Shown: positions 28,845 to 38,893, counted from the stretch's first letter. The stretch: 64,000 nt of DNA from Candidatus Bathyarchaeia archaeon (GCA_050013255.1 JBEKFP010000001.1:448001-512000), one strand, 5' to 3'. The notes: generated by a model from the sequence alone, not told the origin. Made by a program: numbers and translations.

Positions 28845-29537
28845 TCACATTCCTATGTACAGGCGCTCAGCCAAGAATTTCGGTAGTCCGGCTTGAACAA
28901 TTTTGTCTGCGACGGGGTCAACGTCATATTCGACTCGTATGACATCGAAGGATGCTTGCCCTTCGGAGATCGTAAGGGTTGCGAAGCTTGCTCGAGGGTC
29001 GCTATCTCGCGGCTGGCCCACACTGCCTGGATTACCTACTATGCTTCCTCCAAACGAATACGCCATAGGCACGTGCGTATGCCCGAGCAGCACTATCTCT
29101 GCCCCACTTCGTGCGACCAATTTCCGTGCGGCCGAATCAGTTAAGCTTGGCAAAACGTATTCTGTCAGCGGATTACTTGGGCTGCCGTGAAAGAGGCCTA
29201 AGAGTTTACCACCCTTTTCCAAACTTGCTGAGGGCTGTAAGGTGGCCAGGTATTCATGGTACTGATGTGCGATTTTCTTCCTAGTCCATTCTACAGCTTC
29301 AGCTGCATGGAATGAGAACCCTCCAGTGTCGCCCGTTACAACCGCGTAATCATGGTTTCCCATTAGCACTGCGCTTGGCCTAAGCTGTCTAAGTCTTTCC
29401 ACTACTTCGTTTGGTTGGGGCCCGTAACCCACCAAGTCTCCCAAGCAGAATAGTTCATCATAGTTAGGTAACTTGGCGATGACTGCTTCAAAGGCGTCGA
29501 GGTTCGAGTGAATGTCAGAAATGACAACGATTTTCAA
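28845..29537 (-). CDS. Metallophosphoesterase (calcineurin-like)
   Basis: SDIHSN, GDLVGYG, GNHD, HGSP, GHTH, NPGSVGQPRD. Confidence 0.9.
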   Translation of the reverse strand: MKIVVISDIHSNLDAFEAVIAKLPNYDELFCLGDLVGYGPQPNEVVERLRQLRPSAVLMGNHDYAVVTGDTGGFSFHAAEAVEWTRKKIAHQYHEYLATLQPSASLEKGGKLLGLFHGSPSNPLTEYVLPSLTDSAARKLVARSGAEIVLLGHTHVPMAYSFGGSIVGNPGSVGQPRDSDPRASFATLTISEGQASFDVIRVEYDVDPVADKIVQAGLPKFLAERLYIGM

Positions 29538-29593
29538 CGGAAGCGCCGTGGAATGAGCGACCTCGCCTGAGAAATGGTTAGCGGTTTGTTCTG

Positions 29594-30196
29594 TTAAAGT
29601 TCCAAGTCAATCTGCTCGACGTAGGAGAGATCCTCGCCACAGTATGGACAGAGTTTGAACGTTCTATCAACTTTCTTCCCGCATTCAGGACATTCGACCT
29701 TGAATGGGTACCTGCAGAAGGGACAGAGTGCAAAGTCAGCTGCAACTCTGCGCCCGCATTTCTTACACAGTTGTTCACCGCTACTATCTGCAACATGTGT
29801 TGGGTGCTCCGGACCTTGAATGATGACTGGTAAGGGCTGTCCGGAACCGGAACTCGAGTCTCGAACGATATTTTCACGAAGAATACGGTGAAGTTGGAAT
29901 GCGTCAGGTTTTGCCAGGTTACCAACCTTGATGCTTTGTACTCCTGACCGCATTAGAATTTCGATGCTGGCCCTGCGGACTCCTCGGTCAAGTTTGATGT
30001 TGACCATGTTAGAATAAGGATAATCAACGAAGCTTTTCTTCAGCCCCAATCCGCCTGTTTTGCGAATTATGATACGCTGGTCGCTGACGACCACCGTCTC
30101 GCTGCCGCGTAGGACCCAGATGACTTTCTCATCATAGTTGATGAGGTGTTTCATGTCCTCCGGTACTGGTAGCGTTCCCAAATGATGGAGCCTCAT
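29594..30196 (-). CDS. Bacterial-type PH domain protein with C-terminal double zinc ribbon
   Basis: E.V......VVSDQRIII...G......DYPY..M pattern; C-terminal CKKCG/CPFC/CPECG/CPYCG; start ATG 30196 chosen. Confidence 0.7.
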   Translation of the reverse strand: MRLHHLGTLPVPEDMKHLINYDEKVIWVLRGSETVVVSDQRIIIRKTGGLGLKKSFVDYPYSNMVNIKLDRGVRRASIEILMRSGVQSIKVGNLAKPDAFQLHRILRENIVRDSSSGSGQPLPVIIQGPEHPTHVADSSGEQLCKKCGRRVAADFALCPFCRYPFKVECPECGKKVDRTFKLCPYCGEDLSYVEQIDLEL

Positions 30197-30362
30197 GTAA
30201 CAGCGAACCGTTGAGCGCCTTTTGATGATAAGATGTATTGCACTACAGTACAAAAAAACCTGGTAAATATAGGAAAGAAAACGACCCAGACAATGCAATT
30301 TCACACGCCATCACCAAGTTGAGTTAAGTATGTTCAACTTGCCTAGTTGGTGGTAGATTGCT

Positions 30363-30749
30363 ATGGAAATGAATGAGGCGACAATGGAGGTAAACTCCAG
30401 AACTTTCAGAGTGAACTATTCGGGGCTTGAGAACGCTGTTATAGCCTTCTTCTTTGAAGATCGGATGCGCTTAGGAACACTCGCCATCGCTATGCCTGGG
30501 ATGGATGAGGTCGCTGTTGGCCGCTCTTCTGTCCTTGTCGGTGGAAAATATCTCATGACGAGTCGAGCCTTGGCGGAGAGGCTCGCCGGAAAGAGTGGAA
30601 GGATCGCGCTCGTATCACTATTCACGGAGCTTGATGAGGCGGAAGCGTTTCGGATATACGCAAAACTTCTTGAAAAGGTACAATTGGGAACTCAAAGCGC
30701 AGAGAAGTCTTTGCGGCCTAACAGATCAATACGACAAAACATTGGATAG
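30363..30749 (+). CDS. Conserved hypothetical protein, possibly proteasome assembly chaperone (PAC4-like)
   Basis: RLGTLAIAMP...S..L.G.....SRALAERLA...G.I.LVS pattern, recalled resemblance only. Confidence 0.45.
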   Translation: MEMNEATMEVNSRTFRVNYSGLENAVIAFFFEDRMRLGTLAIAMPGMDEVAVGRSSVLVGGKYLMTSRALAERLAGKSGRIALVSLFTELDEAEAFRIYAKLLEKVQLGTQSAEKSLRPNRSIRQNIG

Positions 30750-32015
30750 TGGCGATTCTCCCAGAACCTTAATCGCGGCCTCAGTTACTCGTTCCCTGTA
30801 TTCTTCTTTAGTGTATACGCGAATTATGTTCATGAACACTCGAAGGTCATCCACGACCTTCGAGAGCTCGGTTATCTTCTGTGGTACCTTTTCACCCAAA
30901 CGGTTCCTTGAGAAAATTGGTATGTCGATTGGGCCGATGTCCATAGCGTAATGATATGGTACGGACGGAAGGGAGGGAACGTCAATTCCGACATCTGACA
31001 AGGGGACCTTTGCTTTGGCGGCGATATCCTCCTCGAGTTTCAGCCGCACGTTTTCGTTGGTGAATACGCTTGAGACGAGTTCATCCTTAGCAAAGAAGGT
31101 TCTCTCGTAAGCGCATTTCAGAAGTCTCCTTTCGGATAGCTCCCGTATGATTTGTCGGGATCTTGGATTCAATAACAGTTTCGACCAAACTGTGTAATCA
31201 TCCCATTCCATGTACTCGTCTGGAGTTTTCACCTTGAGAATTTCAAGATCTTCTTTAGCCGCGTCCAAGGCTTTGAGCATCATCATTTGAACTGCTCTGC
31301 AGGCACGGTGGAAGTAGATAGCCCTGAATGACTCGAGCCGAGCCAAGATGAGGCTCTCAAGGGTAGGGAGTGCGGTTATGTCAACTGCTAAGTTGCCGTC
31401 CAAGATGTCCATCGTGTATATCAGCCGAAAAACATCGACCGATCCATAACCTGCCCCAGTATGGTAGGAGTCTCTAACGACAAAATCCATCTTGTCGACG
31501 TCGAATGAACTGCTGATTATTTGGCCAAGGAATCGCTTCCCGGGCTTGGAATGTTTGCCGACAGCAAGGTTGCTTAATTCCTTAGCATCAAATCCTTGTT
31601 CCTCGATCACTTCACTCAAGCTTGAGTTGGCGATGATCCAAGTCGACATGTCCTCGTGGTTCCGCCCAAGATATTTGAGGAGGAAGGGTTCGAAGAGGTG
31701 TGAAAAGGGAGCGTGCCCAACGTCGTGCAATAAAGCAGCCAGACGCACTTTCTGTTTTTCGTCGGCTGAAAGCTCCGTCGGAATATTCTCAGCGACTACA
31801 CCTGCAAGGTACATAGCCCCTAGAACGTGTTCGAACCGAGTGTGGTTTGCAGCTGGGTAGACATACTCTGCCCCCGCGAGTTGCCTAATCCTTCGTAGCC
31901 TCTGAACAGCGAGGGTATCGATGACGTTACGTTCAATCTCGGTTAAGCGAATGTAACCGTAAACGGGATCCTTGATGAAACCCCAATATTTCTCTTGGTT
32001 ACCATCGACTGCCAA
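30726..32015 (-). CDS. HD-domain phosphohydrolase (SAMHD1/dNTP triphosphohydrolase-like)
   Basis: IKDPVYG, QRLRRIRQL, HTRFEH.LG, LLHDVGH.PFSH.FE, DVDKMDF..RD, IYFH. Confidence 0.88.
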   Translation of the reverse strand: MAVDGNQEKYWGFIKDPVYGYIRLTEIERNVIDTLAVQRLRRIRQLAGAEYVYPAANHTRFEHVLGAMYLAGVVAENIPTELSADEKQKVRLAALLHDVGHAPFSHLFEPFLLKYLGRNHEDMSTWIIANSSLSEVIEEQGFDAKELSNLAVGKHSKPGKRFLGQIISSSFDVDKMDFVVRDSYHTGAGYGSVDVFRLIYTMDILDGNLAVDITALPTLESLILARLESFRAIYFHRACRAVQMMMLKALDAAKEDLEILKVKTPDEYMEWDDYTVWSKLLLNPRSRQIIRELSERRLLKCAYERTFFAKDELVSSVFTNENVRLKLEEDIAAKAKVPLSDVGIDVPSLPSVPYHYAMDIGPIDIPIFSRNRLGEKVPQKITELSKVVDDLRVFMNIIRVYTKEEYRERVTEAAIKVLGESPLSNVLSY

Positions 32016-32250
32016 ACCTTAACCCCTCCATGCCAAAATGACTTTCCGTCTGAGATTCAACCAATCTCGTGCCTGGCCTGATTTGTGTTCATACGATTGG
32101 TATAATGTTGCCTCAGGACTGGCTGGGGAAAATAGGGGAATTGAATTGAACTGTGTAGGAGCCTTCCTACAAGGCCCAAACAGTCTATGTTTGATTGAGC
32201 ACTGCTAAGAAGATTGCAACACCAGAACGAACGATTTGGTCGCTAATCGT

Positions 32251-32844
32251 TCAGTCTTCCCTGAGGATAATAAGCAGAGCAAGAGAGACAGATGTCAAAA
32301 CCACGTAGACTGCTATGTCGGATAGAACGGGAGTAAGTGATGCCACTACCTCAGAAACAAACAGCACTCCTATGGTTAGCACGTAGCACCCCGCAAAGAT
32401 AATCCCGAAACGGGCCAATTTCCGATTGATATCCCTAAGCGATTTATTCACCATACGGGCGTTGGGTTCAAACTCTGTGTCCCCTAGCCAATTCGATACT
32501 TGCTTATGATAGTTCAAAACGAGAGTGAGGAATTCAACACCGAACAAAAGCATGACGAACGTGAGGAGAAGGACGGCTAGATTCGCTGAAACAACTTTCA
32601 GCAGTGTGTCCGAGATGAGTGAGATCGAGAATAGAATGGCTTGAGCGAGGAGTGAAGCTCTACCCCAAGCCGGATTTCCTTTTGAGATTGCCAACAGCGA
32701 GAAGACCGCCACTATAATCGGACCGAGTACGGTTATCGAAATTAACCTCGGTGGATAAGATGACACAATTGCGAACGCGGTGAGCACAAGCCAGAATGAG
32801 GAAAGCCCCCGCAGAAGAATCCAACCAGACCGATATTGATTCAT
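32251..32844 (-). CDS. Multi-pass membrane protein in MoxR operon
   Basis: About 6 hydrophobic segments; 4-nt overlap with the DUF58 gene. Confidence 0.7.
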   Translation of the reverse strand: MNQYRSGWILLRGLSSFWLVLTAFAIVSSYPPRLISITVLGPIIVAVFSLLAISKGNPAWGRASLLAQAILFSISLISDTLLKVVSANLAVLLLTFVMLLFGVEFLTLVLNYHKQVSNWLGDTEFEPNARMVNKSLRDINRKLARFGIIFAGCYVLTIGVLFVSEVVASLTPVLSDIAVYVVLTSVSLALLIILRED

Positions 32845-34106
32845 AATGGTCTCCCCGTTTTTCTTCCCCGTAGCGCTGATTTGATAGGAACGTTTGGCGA
32901 AATCTCAATCACCGTGGCTACTTTGGCAGTTTGCATCATTCTGGCTCTCCTCTCAATAGTCAAGATTCTTCTTGCAATGTTCAAGGACCCTTTTGTTCCC
33001 TTGGACTGTGTGGTCGGTGTGAAGCATACAACATTGTAACCTTTGGTTGCTACGTCTACGATCACCTTCACAATGTCGTCGCTGTCGAGAGGGGAGATGA
33101 CTACGATCACTGACCTTGCGGGTACTGTCGAAACTATTACAGACTGGACAGCGTAATCCATCGGAATAGTGGCTCGTCCCGGTTTTGCAATAGCCAGGTT
33201 GTCCAGAATTCTTAGCAGCTGCCTTCTTCCAAACCCAAGGTTGACCCATGTTCGAACAGCGCCATAGACGGATAAACCAACCCGGTTTCCCTGGCGGATA
33301 AGTTGTGAGCAGAGTGATGCCGCCACATTGACCTCGAACTCAACAGCGTCGAAATCTAAGAGTTCGGGCTGTATCTCCTGGGAACAGTCCAGTAGAACCA
33401 ACACATCAGTGGCTTGTTCGCCCTCGAATTCATTTGTAACCAGTTCTCCCATTTTCGCTGAGGCTTTCCAGTTTACCCGCCTGAGTTCATCGCCCGGAAC
33501 GTAAGGGGATAACTCGAAAAATTCCGACCCACTCCCGATCTTACGGGATGGAATCTGACCTGGCCATGGGCTTATCCGTGTTGCTTTTAGGTTAAGCATC
33601 CCGACTTCCTCCATTCTTGGGAGAACAATTAGCTCATCCGTATTGCCGATTTGCTCGCTCACTTCCCGAAAACCCATTATGTCTGATACGCTGACCGACA
33701 GGGGTCCTAGTACGTAGATGCCTCTTTTCGGCGCTGAAATCGTGTAATGATTTTCAATGGTCTCACCTGATCTCACCGACACTGTGAGAGCCTTCGTACC
33801 CGTCTTGATTGTGAGAGGTTCCGCGATAATTTCGTCCAAGCAGACGTTATCGAAGCTTTGAAGCGAGTTGTTTTGAACCCCCAGCGTAATCTCGACATCC
33901 TCATCGCCTAGCGACCGGTCGGGATGGAGTACTCTTGAGGGTCTCATACTGACCCTGAGATTCGAACCGGGTCTATGTGAGATGAAGAAAAGAAACGCGA
34001 TTGGAACGACAAGCGCACTGACGTAGGGTTCTCCAAAAAAGAGCGCGTAGCCAATGAATGCGTAAGCTATCCCCAAGTAAAGGAGAGCTTTTCTCGAGAG
34101 CACCAT
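32841..34106 (-). CDS. DUF58/vWA-like MoxR partner
   Basis: RG.Y.LGP, EFFEL.PY.PGDELRRVNWKASA, VLLD.S. Confidence 0.9.
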   Translation of the reverse strand: MVLSRKALLYLGIAYAFIGYALFFGEPYVSALVVPIAFLFFISHRPGSNLRVSMRPSRVLHPDRSLGDEDVEITLGVQNNSLQSFDNVCLDEIIAEPLTIKTGTKALTVSVRSGETIENHYTISAPKRGIYVLGPLSVSVSDIMGFREVSEQIGNTDELIVLPRMEEVGMLNLKATRISPWPGQIPSRKIGSGSEFFELSPYVPGDELRRVNWKASAKMGELVTNEFEGEQATDVLVLLDCSQEIQPELLDFDAVEFEVNVAASLCSQLIRQGNRVGLSVYGAVRTWVNLGFGRRQLLRILDNLAIAKPGRATIPMDYAVQSVIVSTVPARSVIVVISPLDSDDIVKVIVDVATKGYNVVCFTPTTQSKGTKGSLNIARRILTIERRARMMQTAKVATVIEISPNVPIKSALRGRKTGRPL

Positions 34107-35065
34107 CAGTCTACCCTAGGCACCGGAACTTTTCTCAACACTTCGTTGATGATGACCGTGGCATCGAACCCACGGATCCAGGACGCAGCCTTAGGGATTA
34201 TTCTGTGCGACAGTGCCTCCACCGCGATTGCTTTCACATCATCAGGTATGATGTAGTCTCTACCCTCAAAAGCAGCGTTGGCCCGCGCAAGTTTGAGTAA
34301 GGCAAGGGAGCCACGGGGGCTAGCGCCTATTGCCAATTGGCCGTGAACCCTAGTCTCTCGAACAATGTCGGTAATGTACGCGAGTACATCATCATCCGCG
34401 TGCACCCCTTCGATCGAATCTTGCATATCTACTAGGGTCTTTGGGTTGACAATCGCGCTAACTACGAAATCATCGCTTCTACGAGCGATTCGCCTCCTAA
34501 GGATTTCAAGTTCGCCGCTCTTGTCGGGGTAACCGATTCTTAACTTCATGATAAACCGGTCGAGTTGTGCCTCGGGCAGTTGGTAGACTCCCTCGAATTC
34601 GATTGGGTTCTGCGTGGCTAGCACTATGAACGGGTTCTCTAGGCGGTGAGTATTGCCGTCAAGAGTTGTTTGTCGTTCCTGCATAGCCTCAAGAAGCGCC
34701 GCCTGAGTTTTGGGGGGGCTACGGTTAATTTCATCGGCAAGGAGAATGTTGGTGAATATCGGGCCTTGCTTAAGTTCGAAGTCTCCTCTTCTCTGGTTAT
34801 AGACATAAGTTCCAGTGATATCTGCTGGCAATAGGTCCGGCGTGAATTGTACCCGAGTGAACTTGCAACCTACGGCAGCAGCTAAAGATTTAGAGATTAG
34901 CGTTTTGGCTAATCCAGGGAAATCCTCTATCAACATATGCGAGTTCGCAAGCACACCGAGTAGAATTTTCTGTAGAGCTACCTCCTTGCCTACGATGACG
35001 GTGTTCAATTCCTGCTGTATTTTCTTGCAGTTTTCCGAAATGTCTTCGATTTTCAAGCTACCCAA
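34106..35065 (-). CDS. MoxR family AAA+ ATPase
   Basis: EDFPGLAKT, RVQFTPDLLPADITG, ADEINR, ATQNPIE, LPEAQLDRF, GASPR. Confidence 0.95.
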   Translation of the reverse strand: MGSLKIEDISENCKKIQQELNTVIVGKEVALQKILLGVLANSHMLIEDFPGLAKTLISKSLAAAVGCKFTRVQFTPDLLPADITGTYVYNQRRGDFELKQGPIFTNILLADEINRSPPKTQAALLEAMQERQTTLDGNTHRLENPFIVLATQNPIEFEGVYQLPEAQLDRFIMKLRIGYPDKSGELEILRRRIARRSDDFVVSAIVNPKTLVDMQDSIEGVHADDDVLAYITDIVRETRVHGQLAIGASPRGSLALLKLARANAAFEGRDYIIPDDVKAIAVEALSHRIIPKAASWIRGFDATVIINEVLRKVPVPRVD

Positions 35066-35574
35066 CCTTCAAGCGTGGATAGAACAGCTTCAATTTCCCG
35101 CGCACCATCTGGAGCAGATGCATTTGGGCCACTAGTCAGCAGTCTTACCAATTGTTCATCTTGTATGATTTGTGAGAAAAGGGAAGTACGGTTTCCCGAC
35201 TGTTCGTCCAATTGACTTCGGGAGACGTCTGTGCGGTATGAGGCAATTTGCAGTGCAAGAGAGCTTAATCGCTTACCCAGAGCAGCAGCCGCTTCACCGT
35301 CGCGTTCCTGCATCGCTCTCCGAACGAGTCTTTCAAGCCTTTGAAGTTCATCCTCGCTTTTTTCCCTAATCTGTGCACGGCCTGTTTTGTTCTTGATAGT
35401 AAGTGGTAGGAGCGAGTTGAAGATGAGAAGTGAAAAGAAAATGAACACAACACCCAAGGTGGGCAATGTCAAGATTTCGTAGTGGACTAGAAAGAACTCT
35501 AGAATTATTACTACAAATACGTAGGCTATTCCTAACTCGACAACGGTTTTGGCAAGTCTCCTCAAGGGTCTCAA
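35053..35574 (-). CDS. Membrane protein in MoxR operon
   Basis: Two N-terminal TM segments; overlaps both neighbours. Confidence 0.7.
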   Translation of the reverse strand: MRPLRRLAKTVVELGIAYVFVVIILEFFLVHYEILTLPTLGVVFIFFSLLIFNSLLPLTIKNKTGRAQIREKSEDELQRLERLVRRAMQERDGEAAAALGKRLSSLALQIASYRTDVSRSQLDEQSGNRTSLFSQIIQDEQLVRLLTSGPNASAPDGAREIEAVLSTLEGWVA

Positions 35575-36464
35575 CCGGCACCTTGGGAAAGAACATTCTC
35601 CAACGAGCCCAGCTTATTCACTGCCAACCTACGTTGGTCATCGTTGATTATGTGAGCACTGTACCTTGCTTCCTCGAACAGAAATGTTAGGGTCTTGACT
35701 GCATCATTGCCCAGGCTTAGTTTCTTCGAGAGGGTAGATCCAAATTCACGCGCCGTTTGGTCCGCGCCAATGATGAACCCTCGACCGGAAAGGACTTCGC
35801 ACATTTGCCTGTAACACTTCACAATTGTCTCTTCGTAGTCGGTATTGTTTCTGAGGCTGTTTACCGCTTGTTGCACAACCTGTAACGCCTCAAGCTTTAC
35901 TTCTTCCCCGGAGGAAGACCCTTCGCGACCTTCCTTGAAGGCCAGCCAAAGTGCGCCAAAAAAGAGGGTGACTGAAAGAAATGCGATTCCGGCAAAGATA
36001 AGAACCGTGTAATATGAGAGCGCTACCATCGTCGCGGATGGCGCCGACTTTATTCCCTGATTCAAATGCGCTATCTGTGCTCCGGATGATACGATAACCG
36101 TGAAAGCTTCTTGTAATAGACTGAAAAAGGATTGAAGTGACCCGATGCGAGCCAGTAGAATCAGGGCAACAAAGACCACGATATACCCTAGGATTCCTGC
36201 TAATAGGCTGACCTTGCTGCGTTCTTGTTTTGGACGATAGAGGAATAATGCGGCAAGCATCTCAATGATTCTTTTTCCATAGGCCAACACTACCAAGAAG
36301 TAAAGCGTTAGGATCGCTGGCAGGATGAAGGGAGCCATGACTCCTAGAGCGGACGCGTGGGGAGTTCTTCCGACAACAAATCCCGTCATCATGAGTATAA
36401 CGAATAACACGCCGACCAGTGCGATGCTATTCCTGTGGACCATGTCTCGCTCTATCGCCGTCAA
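35571..36464 (-). CDS. DUF4129-domain membrane protein
   Basis: C-terminal I..CY..M.......G......T.REF...LT.LFEEARYS.H. Confidence 0.85.
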   Translation of the reverse strand: MTAIERDMVHRNSIALVGVLFVILMMTGFVVGRTPHASALGVMAPFILPAILTLYFLVVLAYGKRIIEMLAALFLYRPKQERSKVSLLAGILGYIVVFVALILLARIGSLQSFFSLLQEAFTVIVSSGAQIAHLNQGIKSAPSATMVALSYYTVLIFAGIAFLSVTLFFGALWLAFKEGREGSSSGEEVKLEALQVVQQAVNSLRNNTDYEETIVKCYRQMCEVLSGRGFIIGADQTAREFGSTLSKKLSLGNDAVKTLTFLFEEARYSAHIINDDQRRLAVNKLGSLENVLSQGAG

Positions 36465-36550
36465 TTCTGATGGTCGGATACAGATTAAAGGGAAGCGTAA
36501 AACGAGCCAACATTATGGCCAGAAGGCGTCGAAGGCTTGGGGTTAATGCC

Positions 36551-36730
36551 ATGAAGTTTCTCCTTCAGCATCCTAATTTCACCTATGACGGACAAAAAAC
36601 TCAACTTGTAGATAGTCTCAAGACGCTTGCATCTGATGCGGAGAATCTCGGTTTCGATTCATTTTGGACAATGGATCATTTCCTCTTATCTTTTGAGTTG
36701 CAAAGAATCATTCCTCTATCATCGCGATGA
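36551..36730 (+). pseudogene. Truncated LLM-class (F420-dependent-type) oxidoreductase N-terminus
   Basis: MKFLLQHPNFTY...AE.LGFDSFWTMDHF matches the luciferase-like N-terminus; similarity is then lost and the ORF stops after 59 aa. Confidence 0.75.
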
Positions 36731-37345
36731 TCGGATCCTAAGTAAGCGAGAGATGTGAGTCCACAATTCCGCGTGGACAGCTTTAGGATCTTGTTCGGCG
36801 TCAATTACTTTCCAGGCGTATCGTCTGGCAAGTCGGAGATATGCGCCTCTCACTTTTCTCAAATACTCGCGATCGGCCTCATGAACGTCCCTCCGATTTC
36901 TCTTCCGCCAGAATGATGCTTGAGGGGCGATATCGAGAACAACCACAACGCCCGGTTTTGGTAAGCCTTTCTCCAACGATTTTAGCCAATCGAGGGGTAG
37001 GCCGTGAGCTATTCCATAGGCTAGATTTGATGGGCTGTAACGGTTTACAATTACGTAATGACCATTCGCAATCTCATGATTGAGTTCTAGGAATCGTTCC
37101 CATTTATTTGCTGCATATAGGAGGTGAACGGCATGGTAATCAAGCTGATTTTTTCCAGCCAGGTAAGCCCTCAACTGTTTTCCGATTGGTGTTGTATAGT
37201 CAGGGAAGTCACAAACTGATGCCCGATACCCTCGAGTGGCCATTTCTCTGGCTAGGAGATTTGACTGCGTTCTCTTACCAGACTGGTCTATTCCCTCAAG
37301 TGCAATTAGCAGGCCACGGGTTCTTTGCAATGGTTCTGCGTCCAA
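36719..37345 (-). CDS. tmk: Thymidylate kinase
   Basis: LEGIDQSGKRTQ, FPDY.T.IG, LLYAANKWE, NRY..SNLAYG. Confidence 0.93.
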   Translation of the reverse strand: MDAEPLQRTRGLLIALEGIDQSGKRTQSNLLAREMATRGYRASVCDFPDYTTPIGKQLRAYLAGKNQLDYHAVHLLYAANKWERFLELNHEIANGHYVIVNRYSPSNLAYGIAHGLPLDWLKSLEKGLPKPGVVVVLDIAPQASFWRKRNRRDVHEADREYLRKVRGAYLRLARRYAWKVIDAEQDPKAVHAELWTHISRLLRIRSSR

Positions 37346-37389
37346 TACCCTTCATGATTCAAGCGAAATAAGTGTGAGCTAACAGGGGC

Positions 37390-37803
37390 CTACTTTCGGC
37401 GTTTCTTCGCCTTCCTGTGGATCCTGTAGATTTCCAGCCAGATGTTTTCGAAGCCTTGCACAAACGCTACTTCCCAGACTCCATATTTTACTGGTCCAAT
37501 TCTTGTTGGATAGCCTGCGGCATTCAACTTCTTGAGCAATCTCTCAAAATCATCTACCTCAAAGCCAAGATGGCCCAATTCCTCTCCTTCCCGAAATGGG
37601 CCGGCCACGGGGCTATCATCCGCGTACTAGTTAAGTTCAAGCCAATGCTTCTCCCCCTTACTGCTCATGCTTGCGAACTCACCCTTGTTTTCTTCAGCCC
37701 TGACATGGGATCGCAATTTCATCCCAAGATAATTCCTGAAGAACTCAATAGCCCCATCGAGATCACGAACTCGGATGCCAGTGTAACTGAATCTAAGTTT
37801 CAC
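37390..37803 (-). pseudogene. VOC/glyoxalase family gene interrupted by an in-frame TAG
   Basis: From GTG 37803: MKLRFSYTGIRVRDLDGAIEFF...HWLELN*YADDSPVAGPFREGEELGHLGFEVDD...WLEI; TAG at 37629-37627. Confidence 0.8.
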
Positions 37804-37814
37804 GTCAAACTTCC

Positions 37815-38804
37815 TCAGAACGACCTTGAAACAAGAAAGTCGGCAATCGATGATAAGCTGTTCCTGGCCTCTGACGGGGGGAGCCTGTTCAACGTCTTCA
37901 TGGCGTTTTCCAAGAAAGTATCAGCCTGCGTTTTAGCGTACTCGGTTGAACCATATTTCTCGTATAAGCCGATTACCTGTCGTATCTCGTTCTTCTTGAC
38001 ATTCTTCTTCCCCAGTAGTCGGCCAAAGACCTTTTTGTCCTGAGGAGTTGCAGCCTTCAGCAAATGAGCTGCCAAGACGGTTTTCTTTCCTTCACGAATA
38101 TCGCCGCCGATCTCTTTTCCGTACTCTTTCACGTCGCCCTTAACATTGAGTAAATCGTCAACTATTTGGAAGGCTATGCCAACGGTTTCCCCAAACTTGC
38201 CAAGTATTTCGAGTTGCTCCTGCGAACCTCCTCCTGCAATCGCACCACCTTCAGTTGATAATCCCGTGAGTGCCCCTGTCTTGAACCTCAGAAGTCGGAT
38301 CACATCCTCTTCAGTGAAATTCTTCCTTTCCCACATACTGAATTCGAAAGCTTGCCCCCAAGTGATTCCGTATGCACGGTCCGCGATTTTCGCAACAAGC
38401 CTTTGGCAGCGTTCTGCGGGAATCTTGCTCGAGTTTGCGATTTCGAATACTTTGATAAGCATCGCGTCTCCAGAATTGATCGCGCTGGGGACACCGTAGA
38501 TTTTGTGAATGCATGGTTTTCCGCGCCGGAGTTCGCTTTGGTCCTCGATATCATCGTGAACCAAGGTCATGTTGTGAAGAAGCTCGATTGCCGCAGCTGC
38601 ACCGACTGCATCTTCTTTTTTGCCGCCGACACATTCACAGGCCAAGAATGTCAGCGCTGGCCGGAATCGTTTCCCGCCTCTATCAATGAGATCCCACACT
38701 GAAGCGTAAAACTCAAAGGGTTCGCCATCCCGCGGCAAGTGTTTTTCCAGTTCAACGTCAATGTCGGCCTTGTACTGGCCGAGAATTTCGAGGGCCGGTT
38801 TCAT
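37815..38804 (-). CDS. Geranylgeranyl/polyprenyl diphosphate synthase
   Basis: GGKRFRP, LVHDDIED.S.LRRG, FKTG, FQIVDD, DIREGKKT. Confidence 0.93.
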   Translation of the reverse strand: MKPALEILGQYKADIDVELEKHLPRDGEPFEFYASVWDLIDRGGKRFRPALTFLACECVGGKKEDAVGAAAAIELLHNMTLVHDDIEDQSELRRGKPCIHKIYGVPSAINSGDAMLIKVFEIANSSKIPAERCQRLVAKIADRAYGITWGQAFEFSMWERKNFTEEDVIRLLRFKTGALTGLSTEGGAIAGGGSQEQLEILGKFGETVGIAFQIVDDLLNVKGDVKEYGKEIGGDIREGKKTVLAAHLLKAATPQDKKVFGRLLGKKNVKKNEIRQVIGLYEKYGSTEYAKTQADTFLENAMKTLNRLPPSEARNSLSSIADFLVSRSF

Positions 38805-38893
38805 GCTCAGGTTGAGTATGGAATGTGGTTCTTCAAGTCATCGGCGACTACTTTACGCTCGCTTACCGAAGCAATTTTGCTTTGAAGTGCGGT

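Noticed and set aside
32154-32171. Hairpin TGTAGGA-GCCT-TCCTACA in an intergenic region
   Set aside because: Single 7-bp stem with no other support; could be an operator or terminator but cannot be called
37627-37629. Genome-wide TAG reassignment
   Set aside because: TAG is the stop at the expected C-terminus of several conserved genes in the window
37417-38043. 208-aa plus-strand ORF and the many other 60-180 aa antisense ORFs in the track
   Set aside because: Shadow ORFs opposite well-supported genes, with no motifs
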